The notes below the pieces were generated by a model. That model made no database searches. It worked only from the letters and a program-made list of their open reading frames with translations, and had not been told where the DNA came from. 64,000 nucleotides of DNA from a candidate division FCPU426 bacterium (GTDB lineage Bacteria > Oederibacteriota > Muellerivitia > Muellerivitales > Muellerivitaceae), in contig DAIDGV010000015.1 of the NCBI GenBank assembly GCA_027452205.1, forward strand, positions 11,111 through 75,110, in the 5' to 3' direction. The position numbers and the translations under genes are program-made. Numbering within the stretch: the stretch's first letter is position 1; every line of letters starts with the position of its first letter. Of the stretch, positions 58,923 through 64,000 are shown in pieces.

Positions 58923-58936
58923 TCGCGCTCCGTTCG

Positions 58937-59041
58937 AATTTTAAATTCTCAATTCTTAATTATGAATTTTTGAAAATTTCAATCCGTTTTTTGGATTGAA
59001 ATTCACCCTAATTTAAAATTCAAAACTCATAATTCAAAATT
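58937..59041. repeat. Heptamer-family inverted-repeat element (copy F) with central hairpin
   Basis: AATTTTA AATTCTC AATTCTT AATTATG AATT ... AATTTCAATCC-7nt-GGATTGAAATT ... AATTTAA AATTCAA AACTCAT AATTCAA AATT. Confidence 0.85.
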
Positions 59042-59049
59042 GTCTTTCC

Positions 59050-60495
59050 TTACCCCACCGACCCTTCAAGACTTACGCTCAAAAGCTTCTGGGCTTCCAC
59101 TGCGAATTCCATCGGCAATTTACGGAACACTTCTTTGCAGAACCCATTGACGATCAGGTTGACCGCGTCTTCTTTGGATAAACCACGCTGTTGGCAATAG
59201 AAGATCTGGTCCTCGCCAATTTTGGAGGTGGAGGCTTCATGCCCCACCTTGGCGCTGTTGTTCTTCACTTCGATATAAGGCACCGTGTGGGCCCCGCACT
59301 TGTCGCCCATCAACAACGAGTCGCACTGGGTAAAGTTATGGGCGTTTTCCGCCGCCGGCTGGATACGAACCAGGCCGCGATAGGTGTTTTGGCCTTTTCC
59401 GGCCGAAATACCCTTGGAAACAATGGTGCTTTTGGTGTTCTTACCCAAGTGGATCATCTTGGTGCCGGTATCGGCTTGCTGCATGTTGTTGACCACCGCC
59501 ACCGAATAGAACTCGCCGACCGAGTTGTCGCCCTGCAGGATACAGCTGGGGTATTTCCAGGTAATGGCCGAACCGGTCTCGACTTGGGTCCAGGAGATCT
59601 TGGAATTCTCACCCCGGCAAGCGCCGCGCTTGGTCACGAAGTTATAGATACCACCCTTGCCTTCTTTGTCACCGGGATACCAATTTTGTACCGTGGAATA
59701 TTTGATCTCCGCGTTCTTCATGGCGACCAGTTCCACCACCGCCGCGTGCAACTGATTCTCGTCCCGCATCGGGGCCGTACAGCCTTCGAGATAGCTGACG
59801 TAAGCGCCTTCATCGGCGATCAGGAGCGTGCGTTCGAACTGTCCAGTTTTAGCCGCGTTGATACGGAAGTAGGTCGACAGTTCCATCGGGCAGCGGACGC
59901 CCTTAGGAATGTAACAAAAAGACCCGTCCGTAAAGACCGCGCTATTCAAAGTCGCGTAGAAGTTGTCGTTATAAGGCACTACCGAGCCCAGGTATTGTTC
60001 GATGAGTTCCGGATGTTCCTGCACCGCTTCGGAGAAAGAGCAAAAGATCACGCCCATTTCGCCCAATTTCTTTTTAAAGGTCGTACCCACCGAAACGCTA
60101 TCGAACACCGCGTCCACCGCCACACCCGCCAGCATGGCCCGCTCTTCCATCGGCACGCCAAGTTTTTCGAATGTCTTCAGAACTTCCGGATCCACTTCCG
60201 CCAGGCTCTTGGGACCGGCTTTGGGGGCCGAGTAATAGACGATATCTTGATAATCGATGGGAGGATATTGGACGAAAGCCCACTCCGGGGTCTTCATCTT
60301 CAACCATTGCCCGTAAGCCTTCAAACGCCAATTGAGAAGGAACTGGGGTTCTTTTTTCTTGTGCGAGATAAAGCGAATGATATCTTCGTTCAGCCCCGCC
60401 GGGGCGGAATCCGCTTCGATGTCGGTCACGAAGCCGTACTTGTACTCTTCGGAGGTGACCTTTTCGACTGGCTCTTCTTGGGTTTTAGCTTTCAT
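59050..60495 (-). CDS. sufB: Fe-S cluster assembly protein SufB
   Basis: [40 protein letters not shown]. Confidence 0.98.
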   Translation of the reverse strand: MKAKTQEEPVEKVTSEEYKYGFVTDIEADSAPAGLNEDIIRFISHKKKEPQFLLNWRLKAYGQWLKMKTPEWAFVQYPPIDYQDIVYYSAPKAGPKSLAEVDPEVLKTFEKLGVPMEERAMLAGVAVDAVFDSVSVGTTFKKKLGEMGVIFCSFSEAVQEHPELIEQYLGSVVPYNDNFYATLNSAVFTDGSFCYIPKGVRCPMELSTYFRINAAKTGQFERTLLIADEGAYVSYLEGCTAPMRDENQLHAAVVELVAMKNAEIKYSTVQNWYPGDKEGKGGIYNFVTKRGACRGENSKISWTQVETGSAITWKYPSCILQGDNSVGEFYSVAVVNNMQQADTGTKMIHLGKNTKSTIVSKGISAGKGQNTYRGLVRIQPAAENAHNFTQCDSLLMGDKCGAHTVPYIEVKNNSAKVGHEASTSKIGEDQIFYCQQRGLSKEDAVNLIVNGFCKEVFRKLPMEFAVEAQKLLSVSLEGSVG

Positions 60496-60510
60496 GTCTC
60501 TCTCGTCTTC

Positions 60511-60990
60511 TCAGCGTTTTTCAGCCGGCACCCCGGGCTTCGGGGTCGCCTGGGCCAACCACTGCTGCATCTCCGGCTCGGTCTTCACCAAGTCGGACAA
60601 TCGGCACTTCTTCAAATAACTCGACATGGCCAATTCCAGCCCCGTCCAAACCGACCGGATCGCGCAATCCATGGAATGGACACAGGCCATATGGTCCGTG
60701 GTCGTCGCGCAATACTCTTCCTTGGAGAAGAAACTGCCGCTCATCGCCTGCATCACATCGTTCACATTGATCTCATTGGCGGGGCGGGCTAACTGATAAC
60801 CGCCGCTTTGCCCTCGGATACTCTTGACCAAGCCGCCCTTACGCAAGGCTCCCATGATCTTGGCCACATAAGCGCTGGTCAGCTGTTCCTTTTGGGACAG
60901 CTCCACGATCGTGGTGGTGCCTTCGAGGCCTTTTTTGGCCATCTGCAACATGCAGCGCAGACCGTATTCTTCGGTGGATGAGAATTTCAT
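60511..60990 (-). CDS. Rrf2/IscR-family transcriptional regulator
   Basis: EYGLR, S.RG..GGY.LAR, three Cys (C-x8-C-x5-C); ATG 60990 after AGGAG. Confidence 0.92.
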   Translation of the reverse strand: MKFSSTEEYGLRCMLQMAKKGLEGTTTIVELSQKEQLTSAYVAKIMGALRKGGLVKSIRGQSGGYQLARPANEINVNDVMQAMSGSFFSKEEYCATTTDHMACVHSMDCAIRSVWTGLELAMSSYLKKCRLSDLVKTEPEMQQWLAQATPKPGVPAEKR

Positions 60991-61028
60991 TTGAAACACT
61001 CCTAAACAGTGCCTAAACCCAATCTGCT

Positions 61029-61076
61029 GAATGTGGAAAAGAAAGTCAAGTATAGGCAGGGAGCTTTTGAAATCAA
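61029..61076 (-). promoter_or_regulatory. Putative suf promoter with overlapping IscR-like half-site
   Basis: TTGATT-16 nt-TATACT; ATACTTGACT overlaps the -10 element. Confidence 0.45.
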
Positions 61077-61106
61077 GAAATAATGGGGAAATTTTCGACT
61101 TCAGCG

Positions 61107-61589
61107 TTAGGCCCGAAAATGGCCTAAAAGCGTGAAAACAAGGGATTCGGGGCTTTCGAAAACATCCAAAACTAAGGCTTTTTTAGGCTCTTCCAAAGCC
61201 TCGAATTGGCTGTTTAAAAGGGCTTCGGACACAAAGTGACCTTTCCGGGCCTTAAGCCTTTCGGCAATAAGGGTCTTATCCCCTTTCAAGTAAACCCATT
61301 CTATCGGGGCAGCCTGATTTAATAAGTCCCGGTACTTTTGCTTCAAGGCGGAGCAGGCGACAACCGTCCGGGGGCTTTCCACGTTCCACACCTTTAAACA
61401 CTGGGCCAGTTCCTCCAGCCAAGGTTTTCGGTCCTCATCGGTCAATCCGATTCCCTGGGCCATTTTGTTTTTCGCCTCTGGGGTATGAAGATCGTCCGAG
61501 TCATAGAAAGGACAGCCCAAGGCTTGGGCCAAGGCCTTCCCTACCGTAGTCTTGCCCGACCCGGCCACGCCCATGAGCAGGATGATCAT
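61107..61589 (-). CDS. gntK: Gluconokinase
   Basis: MGVAGSGKTT, D.D.LH, LTDEDR.PWL, CSALK..YR, SQFEALEEP. Confidence 0.93.
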   Translation of the reverse strand: MIILLMGVAGSGKTTVGKALAQALGCPFYDSDDLHTPEAKNKMAQGIGLTDEDRKPWLEELAQCLKVWNVESPRTVVACSALKQKYRDLLNQAAPIEWVYLKGDKTLIAERLKARKGHFVSEALLNSQFEALEEPKKALVLDVFESPESLVFTLLGHFRA

Positions 61590-62353
61590 CGCGTCTCCAG
61601 GGGAAGTACCTTTGCGTAATACTCCAGGCTTCGGAAGGGTTTCTCAAGGGTGCGTTCTAAATAACCCATGACCGTCATGAAGATCTGCCGGGACAGGACC
61701 GGCTGTAGCTTGAGCACATGCACTCTTTCCGCCGGCGTGCGGCGCAGTTTTTTGAGGATCTCCAGGGCCATCTTGTTCACTTGGAACTTGGCGGCCGTCG
61801 AGCCATGGCAGGATTCGCAAAGGGCCCCACCCCGGTGCGGGATGAGATAGACCCTTTGGGCCACGATCGTCTCGCCGCATTCAGCGCAATTTTCCAATTC
61901 AAGGGGATAGCCCAGGTCTTCCATCAGTTTCAGGACAAAAGCCGTCAAAAGCAGTTCCGAGGACCTCGGTTCTTTTTCTAAGGCAACCAAGGTTTCTTTG
62001 AGCAGTTCATAGATCTCCGGATGGGGTTCGCCTTCGGGGGTCGCTTGGGTCACCGTTTCGGACAGAACTTGAAGACAGGTAATGACCTGAAAATCGTTCT
62101 TAAGGGCAGAGTTGTCATTGAGCACCTTCGCTTGGCCCAGGACATAAAGAGAAGCAGTGCTTTTTTTAAAAAGCGAGAAAGAAGACTCGGTGAAAAGATC
62201 GATGGAAGAGGCCAGCTTGCTCTTGGGTTTGCGGATACCCTTGACCATCGCCTTCACCCGGCCTAGCTGAAGGGTATAAAGCTGGGCGATCTTATCGGCC
62301 TCGGCATAGTTCGTGGTGCCTAAGACCCATCCCCGGGCGGCGGTAGGGATCAA
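61586..62353 (-). CDS. recO: DNA repair protein RecO
   Basis: TTG 62353 overlaps upstream TGA; Y.EADKI, KGIRKPKSK, CAECG...GGALCESC. Confidence 0.9.
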   Translation of the reverse strand: MIPTAARGWVLGTTNYAEADKIAQLYTLQLGRVKAMVKGIRKPKSKLASSIDLFTESSFSLFKKSTASLYVLGQAKVLNDNSALKNDFQVITCLQVLSETVTQATPEGEPHPEIYELLKETLVALEKEPRSSELLLTAFVLKLMEDLGYPLELENCAECGETIVAQRVYLIPHRGGALCESCHGSTAAKFQVNKMALEILKKLRRTPAERVHVLKLQPVLSRQIFMTVMGYLERTLEKPFRSLEYYAKVLPLETR

Positions 62354-63261
62354 CGGGCCGCTTTCGCTTCGAGTTGAAGGGTCACGGCCAGCGATGCCGC
62401 GTAAAGACTGAACCCGATGGTCAGAATCGAATTGACCGCTGCCTTGACCAGGGTGAAAAGGATGCCCAGCAAGGGAATGAATGAAAGGCCCGTAAAGACC
62501 ACATTGAAAGCGATGTAGAAAACGCAGGCAACAAGGATGATGAGAAGGACCGTCCAAAGGGTGCGGCCTTTATCCCGCCAGACTTGGGCGATACTTTCCC
62601 CAACCGAAGCCCAAATGCCATGGCCGTCCACCAAATAAGCCCCCGCCAACAAACCTGCCACGGCAAAACCCAGAAAGAACAACAAACCGACCACACCCGC
62701 AGGAACGGCCAATGTCCCTCCGATCCACCAAGGCAGGAAATTGAAAACAAGCGCGCCCAATCCAAAGACGAGCAGGACACCCAAAAGGAATCCAAAAAAG
62801 ACCAATATCCAAGCTACTTGCAAGCCCATCATGGGCAAGGTGTAACGCAGACCTTCCGAAAAGAAAACTTTCAACGAGAAGTTCTCCCCGTCCTTTTGGA
62901 AACGGTTCATTTGGCTGTAGAGGGCGCCGTCAAAAAGCGCCATAAAAAAACTGACCGCGGTGATGTAAAAAGCCACGACCAAGGCCATCATACCCAGCGA
63001 ACCCCAATCAGTGAAATAACTCATCCAGTCGAAATTTTGAAAGAAGCTGCGGGCATTCCCGCTGGTCAATTCATCGGCGTGGCCGATCAAAGCTTGGACC
63101 AAAGGCCAAAAGCCGATGAAAAGGCATAGCACGATCAGGAAAAAGTTAACAAAAAGGAACCCGATCCGGATGAGGAACAGCGGCCAAAGCGCGGCGCAAG
63201 CGTCCCAGGCCCGGTGATAGAGGTCCGAAAGTTCGGCAGGAGCGGCGGTCTTACGGGCCAT
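62350..63261 (-). CDS. Hypothetical polytopic membrane protein
   Basis: 303 aa with about six hydrophobic helices, in the yajQ-recO operon. Confidence 0.75.
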   Translation of the reverse strand: MARKTAAPAELSDLYHRAWDACAALWPLFLIRIGFLFVNFFLIVLCLFIGFWPLVQALIGHADELTSGNARSFFQNFDWMSYFTDWGSLGMMALVVAFYITAVSFFMALFDGALYSQMNRFQKDGENFSLKVFFSEGLRYTLPMMGLQVAWILVFFGFLLGVLLVFGLGALVFNFLPWWIGGTLAVPAGVVGLLFFLGFAVAGLLAGAYLVDGHGIWASVGESIAQVWRDKGRTLWTVLLIILVACVFYIAFNVVFTGLSFIPLLGILFTLVKAAVNSILTIGFSLYAASLAVTLQLEAKAAR

Positions 63262-63269
63262 AGGTCCCC

Positions 63270-63767
63270 TTAGCGGAAATTGTTGAACTGAACGGCGACC
63301 TTCAAATCCGCGGTGCGGATCATTTGCATGGCTTCTTGAAGATCGTCCTTCGACTTGCCCGTCACCCGCACCTTCTCATCGGTGATGGAGGCTTGGACCT
63401 TCAACTTGGAATCCTTGATCAACTTCACGATCTCTTTGCAGTTCTCCATGGGCATGCCGCTGACGATCTTCACTTTTTGGGTGACCGTTCCGCCGAAAGC
63501 GGGTTCGATCTTTTGGAAATCCAGGGCCTTGGGGGAAATATTCCGCTTGATGAACTTGCCGCGCAGGATATCGACCACCGCCGTCAGGCGGGATTCGTTG
63601 TCCGAGGCCAGATCGATCTCTTTGGTGGCTTTTTTGAGCTCGATCTTGCTGATGCTGCCCTTGAAGTCGTAACGCTGGCTCATCTCTTTAACGGCCTGGT
63701 TGACCGCGTTGTCCACTTCTTGCATATCGACTTCCGAAACCACGTCAAAGGAATAGGTATCCGCCAT
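63270..63767 (-). CDS. yajQ: YajQ family nucleotide/c-di-GMP-binding protein
   Basis: SFDVVSEVDMQEVDNA, RYDFKGS, KLKVQASI, RVTGK.KDDLQ, QFNNFR. Confidence 0.96.
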   Translation of the reverse strand: MADTYSFDVVSEVDMQEVDNAVNQAVKEMSQRYDFKGSISKIELKKATKEIDLASDNESRLTAVVDILRGKFIKRNISPKALDFQKIEPAFGGTVTQKVKIVSGMPMENCKEIVKLIKDSKLKVQASITDEKVRVTGKSKDDLQEAMQMIRTADLKVAVQFNNFR

Positions 63768-63790
63768 ATTTCCCTCATTTCAAACATTTT

Positions 63791-63903
63791 CACCACAGAG
63801 TACACGGAGTACACAGGGTGAAGATTGATTTTAAATCCAAAATTTCGAATTCTTAACAGCCGTACTCTGTGAACTCTGTGGCCGCCAAAGGCGGCCTGTG
63901 GTT
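63791..63903. repeat. Gene-less 9-mer-family inverted-repeat element (copy C) upstream of yajQ
   Basis: Left arm CACCACAGAGTACACGGAGTACACAGGGT; right arm ACTCTGTGAACTCTGTG[GCCGCCAAAGGCGGC]CTGTGGTT. Confidence 0.88.
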
Positions 63904-63911
63904 CATGATGT

Positions 63912-64000
63912 TCAGCCTTTGTCCGCCGCGCCCTCGGCCGTATCCGACTCGGGCAGATCGATCTCCACCACTTGGCCCGTCACGCCCAAAACTCCCAGGG
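63912..64000 (-). CDS. 3' end of an unidentified gene entering from outside the window
   Basis: Open frame ...LGVLGVTGQVVEIDLPESDTAEGAADKG* with host-like codon usage. Confidence 0.55.
   Translation of the reverse strand, partial: LGVLGVTGQVVEIDLPESDTAEGAADKG

Noticed and set aside
59191..60792. 533-aa plus-strand ORF, and similar long ORFs such as 15118..16530, 42648..43817, 48747..49823 and 51295..52452
   Set aside because: Antisense shadows of well-identified genes, expected from GC-rich codon bias; no recognisable motifs.
62354..62557. Long N-terminal extensions in the ORF track for recO (also trpS, rpsP, tyrS, ruvA, sufU)
   Set aside because: Artefacts of choosing the most upstream start; homology motifs and RBS positions support the shorter starts.

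Overview
A gene-dense bacterial chromosome segment, moderately GC-rich and mostly on the minus strand. Housekeeping blocks are pilT-pilT-PilZ, mutS, miaB, scpAB, trpS, a CCA/A-adding enzyme, yraN, rnhB, rpsP-khpA-rimM-trmD-rplS, yebC-ruvC-ruvA, tyrS, PBP1A, ddpX, ppdK, glyQS, Rrf2-sufBCDSU-sufT, gntK, recO and yajQ, with tRNA-Asp(GTC) and tRNA-Thr(CGT). Secreted, lipoprotein and beta-propeller accessory genes are interspersed. The most notable unexplained structure is a set of small inverted-repeat elements in the spacers of housekeeping operons. Family 1 has 29-bp arms built from a 9-mer (CACAGAGTA). One copy tightly encloses a GxxExxY PD-(D/E)xK nuclease-family gene and two are gene-less, each carrying a co-varying GC hairpin at the same arm position. 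Family 2 has three gene-less copies built from AATTxxx heptamers. Other highlights are a 1856-aa protein without a signal peptide that fuses a HicB-like N-terminal domain to a propeller/Ig-repeat/FlgD-like body, an unassigned structured RNA upstream of a GH127 gene, and a tRNA-Thr with an A54/T58 swap. All calls come from reading the sequence by eye; no searches were run.
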